From Vitrella brassicaformis CCMP3155 (lineage: Eukaryota > Protista > Chromerida), in contig CDMY01000571.1 of NCBI GenBank assembly GCA_001179505.1, positions 248,001-312,000 of the forward strand: a DNA stretch of 64,000 nucleotides, given 5' to 3'. A model generated the notes under the pieces. That model ran no database searches and was not told the origin of the DNA. It saw only the letters and a list, made by a program, of their open reading frames with translations. How positions within the stretch are numbered: the stretch's first letter is position 1; every line of letters starts with the position of its first letter. Shown here piece after piece: positions 1-12,592 of this stretch. The translations under genes and the position numbers were made by a program.

Positions 1-251
1 GTGTAGAATGTGGCGACGATGCGGCGGAGCTTGTTGGTCTTGACGAGTGACCAGAGGGCGGCTGTGGTGTGGGGGCTGGCGGCGAGCTGCGCTATGGCGG
101 AGCGAGCACGGTGGGCGGCTTTGGTCAGCCACTGCTGGTTGTGTGTCTGTCTGGCGTGCCACCAGAGGCCTGACAGACAGGTCAACAGACAGACAGACAG
201 ACAGACAGTGGATGAGGGAAGATCCCAAGCTGCATTGAGGAGGTCTCTCCG

Positions 252-287
<36 letters not shown>

Positions 288-3169
288 TGTGTCTTACTGA
301 GCATCAGGTCGCAGAGGTGCTTCATGGCCTTGTCCGCCGTGTCAGCACCACCACCATCAGCAGCGACAAGAACTACTCGCCCCCTCAGCGCTCCAATCAG
401 CCACTCACACAGCTCCCTCTGCACATGCGCCACCGTCATTGCCAGCACGATGCTCGCCCACACCTGAGTGGCGCCACTCAGCAGCTCGCCGCCCCCCTCA
501 GCAATGGCAGCATGCAGCGACCGCACCAGCAGGGACCCATAGAGCTGCCGCAGCACCGGGGTGATCTGCGCCCCTGCCAGTGCGTCCCTCAACGAGTCGC
601 GCCTCTCCAAGTTGTCTGTCTCGGAGCTCGACGGCCGTCGCAGCGACAGGCCGAACTGCAGCTGGATGACCCTGTTGTCGAATGGCACCTTGGCAAGGAG
701 GCCGTCGAGGGAGGCCAGAAACGAGGCCTCTGCAGGGGTGGGTGTGGCTGTGGGTGGCTGTGCTCCGAGGTCACGCAGTAGAGGGAGGGCGGAGTCGCCG
801 TGGAATGGCGCTGTTGATGTAGAGGGGTGTGGCTGTGGCTGTGGCTGTGAGGGTGAGAGCACTGGGCGGCACGTCGACCAGAGAGCGTAGGTCACTATGT
901 GAGATCTCGCCTGCAAACACAAGAGCCAGCAGCGCGCGTGTGTGTGTGTGTGTGTGTGTGAGAGGGGTTGGGACCTGCAGCAGCCCGACGGACTGCTTTG
1001 TGATGTCCTCCAGACACCGCGACACGTCACCCCACACCCCACCATCACCAGCGCCACCACCAGCAGCACACCCAAACAGCCACTTCATCAGTGCTGACGG
1101 CTCCAGCCGCCTGTGACACCCACCACGACACACACACGCTCTCCCTCTCTCCCTCTGTCTCTCTGTGGCACTTTTCGCTCACCGAATGGCGGCTGCAAGT
1201 ATGTCCATCGCCCAGCACTGGACCTCCTGGTTGCAGGACGAGAGCAGCTCCACCAGCAGCCGAGAGAAGGGGCCGCCCGACGTCAGCCACGAGGCGATGA
1301 AGCGGTTCGGGAGGAAGTGCGTCAGCTGGGAGAGCAGACACGCCACCTTATACCTGTGAAGACACACACGCGCACCCCACACACACTCCCTCCGTCTCTC
1401 TCTCTCTCTCTGAAGGGTCATTACTTGAGCGTCGCCTTCAACTGCGCGCCCTCCTGGCCCATCTTGGTGGTCGGCAGGAGACACAGCTCGCTCAGCCGGC
1501 CAACCACAGCGGCCTGCCCGAGGGGCACCAATGCGCTCGCCGCCTCGAGCACCGCCCCGCTCTCTCTCCGCCCTCCTCTCTCACCCACGCCCCATGAGAC
1601 CACAGCTAAGGACGGTTCTTGTTGGTCTGTGCGGTCAGCTGTCGCTGATGCGGTTGCGGTGAGGAGTAGGCTGAGTGCGCCGTCGATGACGGCCGTGGTG
1701 GTCTGCAGCTCCTGGACCAGCTGCACCAGCTGCCCGTTGGCTGAACCACACAGGCAACGAGGCACCACACACACAGACACGGACAGAGGTCTCTCTCTGT
1801 CTGTCTGTGTGAGTGTGGGTGTGTCAGTGGTGTGGGTCACCTGACAGCAGAATCGCCTGTGCGAGCAGGTCCCCCAAGCCGCTCTCCCCGCCCAGCAGCT
1901 CGCGGCTCAGCGCCGGCGGCATGTGCCTCGGCGGCGTCCTCAGCAGATTCAGCGCACAATACAGCAGCGGCTGGCTCCTCCTGCCCTCTCCCTCCCCCTC
2001 CCCCTCTCCCTGATCCAGCTCGTCGTGACACATACCGACGAGAACTGCCGGTGTGTGGACGGGCAGCGCGGCAGCAAAATCGAAGGAGCCGCTCAGGGTG
2101 AGCAGCAGGTTCGCCAGCAGCCTCCCCGTCTCTCCTTTGTCACTCTCTCTCGAGCGGCGCCTTCTCCGCCCGAGTGCGTCAAGGATCGCCGTGATGCTCT
2201 CTCGCTGCAGCAGAAGGGACCTAAAGCCCGGCAGCGCCGTGAAGCGGGTCAACAGGCCGAGCAGCTCGCACGTCAGCTCTTCCAGCATCAGCTCAGTGTG
2301 GCCATCGTCAGACGCAGACACGGCCACGGTGAGGCTCCAGGTTAGGAACCGCACTCGGCTCTGCCGGGTGCCGATCTGGTGGGCGATTGCGTCGCTGAGC
2401 TGCTCGCTGCTTCGGGAGAGCAGGTGCAGCGTCCGCAGGCACAGCAGCAGGCAGAGATGCGATGATGCTGCTGCTGCTGCTGCTGTGGGAGGGGAGAGGG
2501 AGGGGGAGAGGTTCCTGGCGCACCAGTCGAGTGTGCCGACCACCAGGCCGACAGAGGTGTCGTCCTTGAGAGCCTCCACGCCATCGGGGTCGAGGCGCAG
2601 CAGTCCTACACACGACACACGCAGATCAGAATTTGTTTCTCGCCGGTTCAATCGGCGTACCCAGGAAGAGCTGCAGCAGACACACAGCCGTTGCCGGCGC
2701 CATTGCGGCTGCCGGCGTCCCCTCGTCAGACTGGGCGTCTACTGCTGTGTCTTCATCTGCTAGGTGAGGGAGGGAGTAGAGGATACCCTGACCGACCACA
2801 CACACACACACACACAGGTGTCTGGTCTGGTGTGTGCAGGTCTTTCTTTCGCCCTCTTACGTGTCGGCGTATGAGCGTGCCAGTGTCGAAGGTGCAGACC
2901 TTGCTCAGACGCAGCACCACTCTCACCAGCCGCGCACCGCCCCTCCCCGCCGCAATCAGCCTCCACCCTTTAGCAATCAACTCATCCCGGCAAGATCTCT
3001 GCTCTCTTGGGGGGTTTGGTGCCGTGGCCGCTGTGATGACGGCCGTGATCTCCTCGCACAGTGCCGCAGCCTCCTCGTCTGAGCTGCTGACTGGGGACAG
3101 GGTATCGCCATCGTCGTCTGGCGACGCCAGATGGTGATATGCGTCAATCTCAGTGTGCAGGCTGTCCAT
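1..3169 (-). CDS. Large multi-exon Leu/Ala-rich helical (ARM/HEAT-like) protein, function unknown; 3' end runs off the left edge
   Basis: ATG at 3169 (MDSLHTEIDAY). GT-AG joins give LIRRH|GILYSLPHL. Long GC3-rich open exons at 1844-2800, 1045-1341 and 300-900; the exon at ~1-150 (WLTKAAHRARSAIAQL) is still open at the edge. Confidence 0.75.
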
Positions 3170-3319
3170 TGATGGCCACGGTGGGAATACCTGACGCCCG
3201 CGCTAGCTCGGTAGCAGCGGTTTCAGAAAGCACCCTAGGCTCGCAGGCGCGAGCTTGCACAAGAACATTTTTAGAAACTTGAAGTGAAGCAGGTGGAGGG
3301 TTGAGGTGTAGGGAGGGCG

Positions 3320-4616
3320 ATGGCTGTTGAGAGTCAGCAACGGTCCGCACCGAGTGCCAACACACTCTTTGGCGGCGTCAGATGTCTGCTGTGTGGAGGT
3401 GCCCATTTCACTGAGGACTGCCGGCGGACTATGATCAGCGGCGTCGGTGAGTGAGCACCAGATACGATCAGTGCGATGTCTGTCTGTCTGTCCTTGATGC
3501 GTCTGTGTGTGCGTGTGCAGGTGGCACTGGCCACCACACCGAGGACCGGCGCACCATCGTCTGTGACAGTAAGCCGCAACACCCACACAGCTGAGCTCAC
3601 TACAATCCGCCACCAGCCTCACCCCCGTGTCTGTCTGTCATTGGCTCGTTGGTTGACGACAGAGTGCGGCAGGCCGGGTCACCGGCGGCAGGAGTGCCGC
3701 GTCAATGTCTGTGGACGGTGCGGCAAGAGCGGCCACAAGGAGGCCGAATGCCACGCCGACCCTAATCTGTTCTGCAAGCGCTGCGGACGGAGAGGACACC
3801 TCGCGAGGGCATGCCCCAAGGTGGTCAATGAAGAGTCATCCATGGGGGGTCACACAGAGGTGATGTGTCTTATGGTGGTGTGTTGTCTTATGTGTCTGTG
3901 GTGCAGTTTGTGTGTCGGTGGTGCGGCCAAATGGGACACAGACCGATCAACTGCCCAAAGAACCCCAATCAGTGAGCCTGGCTGTCTGTCTGTCTGTCTG
4001 TGTCACACGTGTGTGTCTGTGTGTGTGTGTTCAAAGGGTCGACCGGCGGCTGCGGAGGATGGACCAGCGCGCCAAAGACACCAGGGCCTTCCACATGTAC
4101 GCCACCGACACACACACATAGCAGTCAAGTTACTCATGTGTGTGCGGTGTTCGTGTGATGGTGTGTGCAGGGAGCGTGCCAATGCTGAGCTGAGTGAGCC
4201 CGTCGGCGCCTCACTGCTCAGAGAAATCGCAGCAAAGTACACAGACACACTCACCCCACCGACCCCTGCACACCTCAGTGTGTGTGTGTGCGTGTGTGTG
4301 CAGCAAGCAAGACGATCTCGTGCCCCCGCCCCCCTCAGCATCAGCCGCGTCAGCATCGCCACCAGCGGCCCCCCTCCCCCTCTCTAACCAGCAGCCGCTC
4401 ATTCGGATAAAGCGCAAGCACACCGACACAACTGTCGCAGGGAGAGAGGCAGAGGCAGAGCAACAGCCAGAAGGAGACATCAAGAGGGTCCATCGGGACG
4501 ATGACAGCGACACCGCCGCGGTGGCAGCAGGGAGGGGCAAAGAGGTCAGTGAGGGTCTGATGGCTGCCTTGCTGTTGGGTTATGGTGACGATGACGATGA
4601 CGATGAGGGCGGGTGA
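3320..4616 (+). CDS. Spliced CCHC zinc-knuckle protein (3 canonical knuckles plus 1 variant), putative nucleic-acid binding
   Basis: ATG 3320 MAVESQQR..CLLCGGAHFTEDC; exon near 3660-3830 encodes CGRPGHRRQEC / CGRCGKSGHKEAEC / CKRCGRRGHLARAC; GT-AG introns; acidic C-terminus ending TGA 4614-4616. Confidence 0.8.
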
Positions 4617-4994
4617 ATGATTGAGGGGCGAGAGGGACGCATCGATGTGCCATCTGTCAGTGTCTTTTTCGATGGCGTGTGAGCGCCACGTATGTCATGC
4701 CGTCATGTTGATACATATCGACGATGGACAATTTTCGACGACCAAACCGAGCCAATGGTTGGTTCCTGGCTACCCCCTTCTTGGCAAGATGTTGACAGAA
4801 ACGGATCACCGAAATGTCGTTGGCGGATATTCCGCGGGCGAGGGTTTAAGACAGGAGATTAAGGGCTTAACAAACAATACATTCACTCCTCAGCACGCCA
4901 AGTCGATTACAGACATTAACACACATCATCACAATTGCATCATCAGGCAGGCCACCGAGAACAGTACATCTCTCCCTCCCTCCCGCCCTCCCTC

Positions 4995-6776
4995 TCAGTT
5001 GATGCCGAGTGTCACCCACTGCCCCCGCTCGTCGATGCGGCCCAGCTGCTGCCACCCACCATACTGACAGTCCTCATTGCCCAAATGGTCGTTGAAGCCC
5101 TTGTTGATGGCCCCCTCCTGTATGCCGTGTCGGGCCGCCTCGTCCAGCCGGGCCCTTTGCACCACCTCACGCACACCAACACGGCCCCGTGTGTGGACCA
5201 CCTGGTGTGGGCGGCTGTCGGCCCTGATGGCGAAGCACTGCAGCGGCACCCGCACCGTCACGCCGCCCACATTGGCCGTCCCGCCCACCACCTCCCTGTT
5301 GCTGCTGGCATACAGCGCCGACTTGATGAAATGGTCGACGGCCGCACACACGCGGCGGGCCATGTCGCTGTGCCGGATGACGATGTTGGCAGTGATGGCC
5401 TCGTTGGCGGCGTCTTGGTCGAAGCACATGGCGGCGATCCGCCAGCCGATGGCCTCTGCCTCGTGTGGGCCGTAGCCAGGGGGGGCGGGGAGGGGGGCGG
5501 GGGGCGGATCGGCCGCAGGTGTGCCAGGGGGCTGCAGCAGGTGGGGGAGGAGAGTGGGGAGCGATCTCATCAGGAAGGCCGCCAGCGACCGCTGAGGGGC
5601 GAGGGCGGCATTCACAGCCGCCATCGCCCCCGTGTGCACGTCGGTGTTGAGGACTGTCGTGCAGTGGGGCAGCACCAGGTCGCGAAAGCGGCGGTCGTGC
5701 TCGGTGTCTGTGGGGATGCGGCCGATGTCCGCCCCGCTTCGCAGCAAGCTGCGGATGATGGTTTCATAAAGGGGAATCTTCCTGGTGGCTTGGTTCTTCT
5801 CCCATTCATCCCTGTCGTCGTCTTCCAAGATTTCAAACGACAAGTCGAGTTGATCACCGGCCACGTAAAGGGGCGTTTCGTTGGGGTTGAACCGTGTTTC
5901 TCTGTTGATGTCCGCTGGCAGAAGATGGCGGCACAGATTGTCCGCCATACAGGGAGCACCGTCACCAAAAACGACACCTGCCGCCTTGTGTAGGTATGAA
6001 CATCCATACGCATCCACTGCCGTCACATTGGCCCCGTTGTCCACCAGCAGGTCGAGATATGAATCAATGAAGGCCTGCGAATAGCGGCCTAGCTCGTTGG
6101 AGCATGCACTTGAGATCAAATCGCGTTCGGTTGCGAGTGTGGCGTCGTGGAGGATGAGCCGGCGGTAGATCGACAGCAGCCGCTGCTCATAGGCGAGGGA
6201 CACCTGCTGGCCGATTCGGTCGTCGGAGACGGATTTGGGCAGCTCCATGATCAACAAAGGGCCATCAGGAGGGCGCACCGGAGCGCCATGCGCCAAGAGA
6301 ACCCTCACGGCCTCCTCGTTTCCCAAACGGATTGCCATCTTGATGGGCCGGTCATCCGAAAGGGCCGGCCGATTGACGCGGGCGCCTCCGTCGATGAGGG
6401 AATTGATGATGACCGCTTCCAGCTCAGGCGATGACCAGTGAGGCAAGGCTGCGAACGGCTGCAGGCCACCGTTGCTGTCTGTCACCTCGCCAGTCCACAT
6501 GGCATTGTCGCTGAGGTTGTCGATAGCGAGCGAGAGCAGCCGATACCGCCACCCATCACTGCCGCTGCCCCGCACACGCAGCCCGATCTCACGATTGGGG
6601 TCGGCACCATTGTGGATGAGGTTTGTGACCTGCTGCTGGTGGGTGAAGGTCCGACGGAAGATGCCCTCAGCCAGCCGTCGGGTCGCATCGCAGCTGTCGT
6701 CACTTTGGGCGATTTCGATGTCCTCGAGCCCCAGACAGCCGTCAGGCTGCTGGCCTTCCGCACTGCCAGAGGCCAT
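4995..6776 (-). CDS. Intronless 593-aa ankyrin-repeat-like protein with a lineage-specific C-terminal domain
   Basis: Single uninterrupted ORF from ATG 6776. Ankyrin-like segments LIHNGADPN, LIDGGARVN, PIKMAIRLGNEEAVRVLLAHGA, LLVDNGANVTAVDAYGCSYLHKAA. Probable 5'UTR intron (donor near 7180, acceptor near 6786). Confidence 0.9.
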   Translation of the reverse strand: MASGSAEGQQPDGCLGLEDIEIAQSDDSCDATRRLAEGIFRRTFTHQQQVTNLIHNGADPNREIGLRVRGSGSDGWRYRLLSLAIDNLSDNAMWTGEVTDSNGGLQPFAALPHWSSPELEAVIINSLIDGGARVNRPALSDDRPIKMAIRLGNEEAVRVLLAHGAPVRPPDGPLLIMELPKSVSDDRIGQQVSLAYEQRLLSIYRRLILHDATLATERDLISSACSNELGRYSQAFIDSYLDLLVDNGANVTAVDAYGCSYLHKAAGVVFGDGAPCMADNLCRHLLPADINRETRFNPNETPLYVAGDQLDLSFEILEDDDRDEWEKNQATRKIPLYETIIRSLLRSGADIGRIPTDTEHDRRFRDLVLPHCTTVLNTDVHTGAMAAVNAALAPQRSLAAFLMRSLPTLLPHLLQPPGTPAADPPPAPLPAPPGYGPHEAEAIGWRIAAMCFDQDAANEAITANIVIRHSDMARRVCAAVDHFIKSALYASSNREVVGGTANVGGVTVRVPLQCFAIRADSRPHQVVHTRGRVGVREVVQRARLDEAARHGIQEGAINKGFNDHLGNEDCQYGGWQQLGRIDERGQWVTLGIN

Positions 6777-6849
6777 ATCTCCAAACTGCAAACATCGTCA
6801 CACATAAGTAGCAGCACATCACACACACGCGATGCCTTTTCCCATCCTC

Positions 6850-6881
<32 letters not shown>

Positions 6882-7301
6882 TGTGGACCCATTCGCACCT
6901 TCTCTGTGGGTGTGTGCTGCGTCGAGTCAGTCTTCACTGCCCACCGAGAGATCAGTCAGTTCACTGCAAAGCACACGCAATCAACAAATGCCATCAGCCC
7001 TCTGCATGCCTCCCCTCCCCGCACCTCAAGACTGAACAGATGATATTGACAGCAATATGCGACAGGTGTGGTCCAACAAGGAGGAGCTACCTCTGCCAAG
7101 CTCAGACTGGAATCCTCCGTGTTTCTCTCCTCTCCTCCCCTCTCCTCTCCTCTCCCCTCCCCTTCCTTCCCCTCTCCTTACCTTTCGATCTCGCAAGTCG
7201 CGCGGCACGCCGACGGAAGAAACAGAGGAGCTGAATGTCTTTATCACGCAGATCTCGCATAACGAAGCTGAAACGAGAATTTTTGCAACCTTGGTAGAGA
7301 C

Positions 7302-7314
7302 GGGTTTAGGGTTT
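7302..7314. promoter_or_regulatory. Telo-box-like motif (GGGTTTAGGGTTT) upstream of the ankyrin gene
   Basis: Exact telomere-unit sequence in a microsatellite-free, promoter-like stretch; regulatory role is inferred. Confidence 0.4.
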
Positions 7315-7848
7315 ATGGGGGTCGAGAAACCCTTGACCCTGCCAAACCGCTGCTGCTTGACCCTGCCAAACGAATGGCGGGCCAAGCTGGCCATGTGACG
7401 CTTTCGCAGCAACCATGATGGACGATGGGGTGGTGGATGAGTGGTTTGAGGTGGCGTGACGGACCGATTTTGGCTACAACGGGGGAACCACGGGAACCAG
7501 CACTGTGCGCTGCTGGACAAGCGGTGTGAATCATGCAGTCAGTCGGACGACTAACCTACTAGACCGAATCGGTCGACTTCGGATTGACTCGATCTTTTGT
7601 CCAAGTCATGCGCACATGGCAGAATCAACCAACGTGTCGACAAACACGCCTCCTAGGGCTGAGTCGATGGTTCTCGTCCTAACCCAAATTACGTGCATAT
7701 CATTCCCCCCCTCGCACACACATGCGTACTTTCACACATCCATTGAAATGGGTGGCTCATTGCGATGCATCAACCACCGACAAAGACGCCACAAAACTGC
7801 ACAAGTGACGATCTTGACAGCATAAGAGCAAGAACACATACAGAACAA

Positions 7849-9138
7849 TCAGCAATAAGCCGCCCCATCGACTCCGATGACCTGCCCCGACACCCAGCCC
7901 ATGTCTTCGCTGGCGAGGGCCACACACAGGGCCGCGACCTCTTTCGCCTCGCCGATCCTCTTGAACGGCGACATGGCCTCTCTGTCTTTCCTCATGGAGG
8001 CAGGGAACATACCTTGTGCACACAGAGACATAGGCTTTAGGACACACAGATGACTAGCGAAAAAACGCGAAGTTCGCCCTTGTTCTTTCTTCTCTCGACC
8101 TGGCAGCACTGGTCCTGGGGCAACAGCATTGACCCGAATGCCCTTCTCGCCCGCCTGTTGGAGCGTGGAGGCACACAGGCAGGGAGGGGAGGGGAGGATT
8201 ATGAGCGTGTGTGGGTGTGGGAGGTGTGCAGAAATCACCTCTTTGGCCCCGCACTTCGTGAGCATATTCACAGCCGCCTTAGTATAACTCGTATGATACA
8301 AGGAAAGCGAATGAGAATGGTAGGATCTTTACTACTATAGTGATTCAGAAGACCTTGGACGCGCAGTAGCAGACGTGGTCGGCAATCGGATGGCTCCCCG
8401 CCACGCTGCTGTTGAGAATGATGACGCCCCCCTTGCCCATCCGCTTGATGGCCTCCTGCATCGAGAAGAACGTTCCCTGCACCCACCCATTCCCCCCGCC
8501 ATACGCAGAGATGCTGTTACGTAGAGGCCTGCTTGTCTCTCTCTCTCTCTCCCCGTTCCCTGTCAGGGTATGTGTGTGTACCGACTTGCCGACCTTGACG
8601 TTGACGTCCATCAGGTGATCGTATACATCCTCTGGGGTGTCACGGATCGTCCCCACATGGAGCACACCCGAGTTCAAGAACACAACATCCAAACTGCCGA
8701 AGCGGGCATACACCTGCAGGCAGGCAGGCAGGCAGGACACGAACATACAAACAAACAGATGAGAAGAGGAGGATGGGTTAATGAGAAGTGGCCGACGAGT
8801 CCTCCCACACACGAGCATCCGTATCATCTGACCTCATCGTAGAGTCGAGTGATCTCACTGACGCGCGAGAGGTCGGCCTGGAAGATCGCCCCGCTCCCGC
8901 CGGCCTTCTCGACGGCCTCGAGCGTCGCCTTTGCCTTGGCCTCATTGCCTGCACACACCGAACAGAGAAACACACAAACACAAATCGATGAATGCAGGCA
9001 GGCCTGTGCTTGGATACCCCTCACCAGAGTAGTGGATGGCAATCGTAGCGCCTTTCTCGGCGAATGCGACGGCAGCTGCGTTACCGATACCTCCACTGGC
9101 TCCAGTCACCAGCACCACGCGGTTATGGGTTTATGCGT
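7849..9138 (-). CDS. Classical short-chain dehydrogenase/reductase (FabG-like), copy A; N-terminus out of frame as assembled
   Basis: VVLVTGASGGIGN (TGxxxGxG), LDVVFLNSG, catalytic YCASK, IRVNAVAPG, GQVIGVDG, stop 7849-7851. An in-frame TAA (9133-9131) precedes VVLVTG with no ATG between. Confidence 0.85.
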
Positions 9139-10143
9139 CTGCAGACAGACAGACATCGACGCACAGACCGAGCCATCCACACCCAATGGCATGCCCGCCG
9201 CAGTCGGCTATGTGCTCTGGTGCCTGGTGGTGGGCGGGTAAGGGGCTGACGCGCGGCTGTAACCGTCCCCCGGCGCGGCGCGAGCGGTTCGGGGAGGCAC
9301 AGAACCTTTACTCACACACGCGCGCACACACCGAAATGAACACCCACACAGCGGCAGCCTCTGTCCGTCCCTCCGTGTGTCTGTTTTGTGTGCGTACCAG
9401 CGCCCTGCTGCAGTGACGAACAAGGAAGGGAATGATGAGATCCCTGCCTGCTGCATACAGACAGACAGATACACACACACACACACAGACAGACATACGC
9501 GCGCAGGTATGTGTTCGGTCAGCGTCTGTTACGTACGTCAGCGTCTGTCAGCGGTGGAATGTGGGAGCCCACTCGTAGGGTCATAGGGTTTGTCGCCTGC
9601 GAGCTTAGGGAGGGAAGCGCGGGTAGCTTGGGCGAAGGGGAGTTTTTTCGACAGCGCAGTGGCAGATCTGACACAAGAGGTATGCTTCTCACTCGTGCAT
9701 TACGTGTTTGGGGCCGCAAAGAGGCAGGCAGTGGCGGCACACAGACCAGCCTGAGGAGGGGCTGACTGACCCCAGATAGACAGAGAGGAGAGCACAGCTA
9801 GGCAGAAGCAGAGCACACACGATGGATGACGTGGCAGCACGCTGCGCACCGGAAAGAGAAGGAAGCATAGCAATCAATGGTCTGACTGACTGACTGACTA
9901 CCTGGTGCCTTGTGGTGTGTTTCCCTGTTTGTGTGTGTGTGTGTCTATATGTGTGCGGCCATTAGGTGATCGATTTGTCATGAGTTTACTGAGAGCTGCC
10001 ACTGCCCATTTTTGCGTCATTTTTGACTCTTGCCTGTGTGCTGTGGCGTGTTTGCCAATGCATGTGCGTTCCCCCGCAGTTTGCCTTGGATCCGTTGCAT
10101 TTCATTCTCATCATCCATCACACAACACTCCCTCGGGACCATC

Positions 10144-11609
10144 ATGTCCAAACCTGCTCGTGTGGTGCTCGGTGAGCCACCGCAACTGATGACTCGTGTG
10201 AGTGTCTGTCTGTCTGTACGTGATCATTCAGTGACTGGAGCCAGTGGTGGTATCGGCAATGCAGCTGCCGTCGCATTCGCCGAGAAGGGCGACATCGTGG
10301 CCATACACTACGCAGGCAAGGCATAGAGGGAATGATCTTCCCGCGCCCAGCATCCATACCCGTGTGTGTGTTTCCCTTCTTGCAGGCAATGAGGCCAAGG
10401 CCAAGGCGACGCTCGATGCTGTGGAGAAGGCCGGCGGGAGCGGGGCGATCTTTCAAGCCGACCTCTCGCGCGTCAGTGAGATCACTCGACTCTACGATGA
10501 GGTCAGATGATACTGATGCTTGTGTGTGAGAGGCCTCGTCGGCCACTTCTCATTAGCCCATCCGCTCTCTTCTCGTCTGTTAATATCTTTTCTGCCTACA
10601 GGTGTACGCGCGCTTCGGGAAGGTGGATGTTTTGTTCAACAACAGCGGACTGTGGGGCGAGGCGCACATCAAAGACACCACAGAGGAACTCTATGACAGG
10701 TCAGGCAGGTCAGGCCATGGTGACTGGATCCGGGGATGAGCGAACGACGCTTTCCCTTCCTTTTACTCTCTCTCTCCTTCTCCCTCTCACTCATTCAGGC
10801 TCATGAATCTGAATGTCAAGGGGATCTTCTTTTCGATGCAAGAGGCCATCAAGGTCCAGATCTGCTGCCTCCACACCACCAGCAGCACGCCACACACACA
10901 AACATACAAACATCTGTCTGTCTGTCTGTCTGTTAGCGCATGGGTAAGGGCGGCGTCATCATCAACAATAGCAGCGTCCTTGGCAGCCACCCCTTGCCCA
11001 TGGTGGCCTGCTACTGTAAGCTCAGCAGAGAACACCATTGATTTGTGCGAGTGCATTGTGTGAGCATCAAATGACTGAGTTGCTTGTGTGTGGTGGGTGC
11101 AGGTGCGACCAAGGCGGCGGTAAGAGATTAGATGATGCATTGGACTGGACGGCGGGGCGGCCTGACTGACCACAACAGACAGACGTGGATGTGTGATTCT
11201 TACAGGTCAACATGCTTACCAAGTGTGCCGCAAAAGAAGCCGGCGAGAAGGGCATTCGGGTCAATACTGTTGCCCCAGGACCCACGTTGCCCGGTGAGAG
11301 AGCATTGATAAACGATGGATAGATGCCACAGACAATTATGCGTGTGTCTGTGCGTGTCTGTGTTGTGCGTGTGTGCAGGATTGCTTCCCGAGGACTTCAA
11401 GGTAACGAAAGACATGGAACGAGTCATGCAGGGCGACATCATTCACACGCTCTTCTTGCCGTGTGCAGAACCAGATGGAGCAGATGTCGCCGTTCAAGAG
11501 GATCGGCGAGGCGAGGGAGGTCGGGTCCCTGTGTGTGGCGATCGCCAGCGACGATATGGGCTGGGTGTCGGGGCAGGTCATTAGCGCTGATGGGGCGGCC
11601 TTCTGCTGA
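10144..11609 (+). CDS. Classical short-chain dehydrogenase/reductase (FabG-like), copy B
   Basis: ATG 10144 MSKPARVVLV|TGASGGIGN, VDVLFNNSG, spliced Y-C-A-T-K, IRVNTVAPG, GQVISADG, TGA 11607-11609; one GC-AG intron (10316-10385). Confidence 0.9.
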
Positions 11610-12592
11610 CTGACTGAGTGCATCGGCCCCTTCATCCGACCGTCGTCCGTGTGTGGCTTTTTGACCCCTGCGTACGACGGAATTTTGGCTCGTTGCGTGC
11701 GTGTGTTGTCATGAGTGAGAGTTTCTTCTGCCGAGTATGGGAGCGTTTCTCTCCCACTGTCGGGTGGGTACATACGTCGTCCAGATGACCCACATGGATT
11801 TGAAAATGCCATGGATTTGAGCACGTGTGGTCAATGCATCCATTCATACGTCCGTTCATACATTGATAAGAGCATGCATGGAGTGTGCGGCCGCCATGCG
11901 TGTTGGGGTGAGAGACGTGTTTGGGTGAGTGAGTGGTCTGTCTGTCTCTATGTGTCTGTCTCTTTGGTCTTGATTATTGGACAGCACGCTGCTGTTGATG
12001 GTGCGACGCACGGGGGTGTGTTTTCTAGTGGTCACACACTAAAGCTCATTGGGGTGCATGTGTGTGTGTGTGTGTGTGTGTGTATGCACCGGCCGTCGAC
12101 TTGATACATGTAACCTGATCAATCGACTGACTGACTCAGCCACATGCTTAATCCATGGGAAGAGTCCACTTGACGGCCGTCACCCGCGGCACACACACAG
12201 GCAGACACACTCCACCACACAGTCACCACGAGAGAGAGATATGGCCGGCAGGTGAGTCAGCCAGGCAGTCAAACACACTCACACATCGGCCGAGGCATCA
12301 CATCAAATCGGCCGGCAGCGGACCGGACCGCACCAGATGCACCCACACCCATCAGAGCCACGCCAGCCATTCGAGCACACAGCAGCAGCAGCTGGTCCAC
12401 ACAGTGAGCGGTGGGCGATGTGTCCTGACGAACAAACCGATCGGCGACAGAGATGAATGACGACAACCAGCACCCAACTTGAGATGCACTCCTGACAACA
12501 CACACACAGAGGGCAGGGCGGCACTCAGCCACATGGCGACACTGGGGATGTATCGCTGCGCACCCACCAGTGCGTGTTGGCTGATGGATCGA

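Noticed and set aside
3660-3830. Triple CCHC knuckle as retrotransposon gag
   Set aside because: The gene is spliced, and there is no protease, RT, integrase or LTR nearby.
7568-7595. C(UUCG)G tetraloop hairpin as an ncRNA
   Set aside because: The stem is only about 6 bp with a bulge, with no further structure or family signature.
9120-9135. Programmed -1 ribosomal frameshift at AAACCC in SDR copy A
   Set aside because: The phase and composition do not fit X XXY YYZ slippery sites and no downstream stimulator is evident; an indel is simpler.
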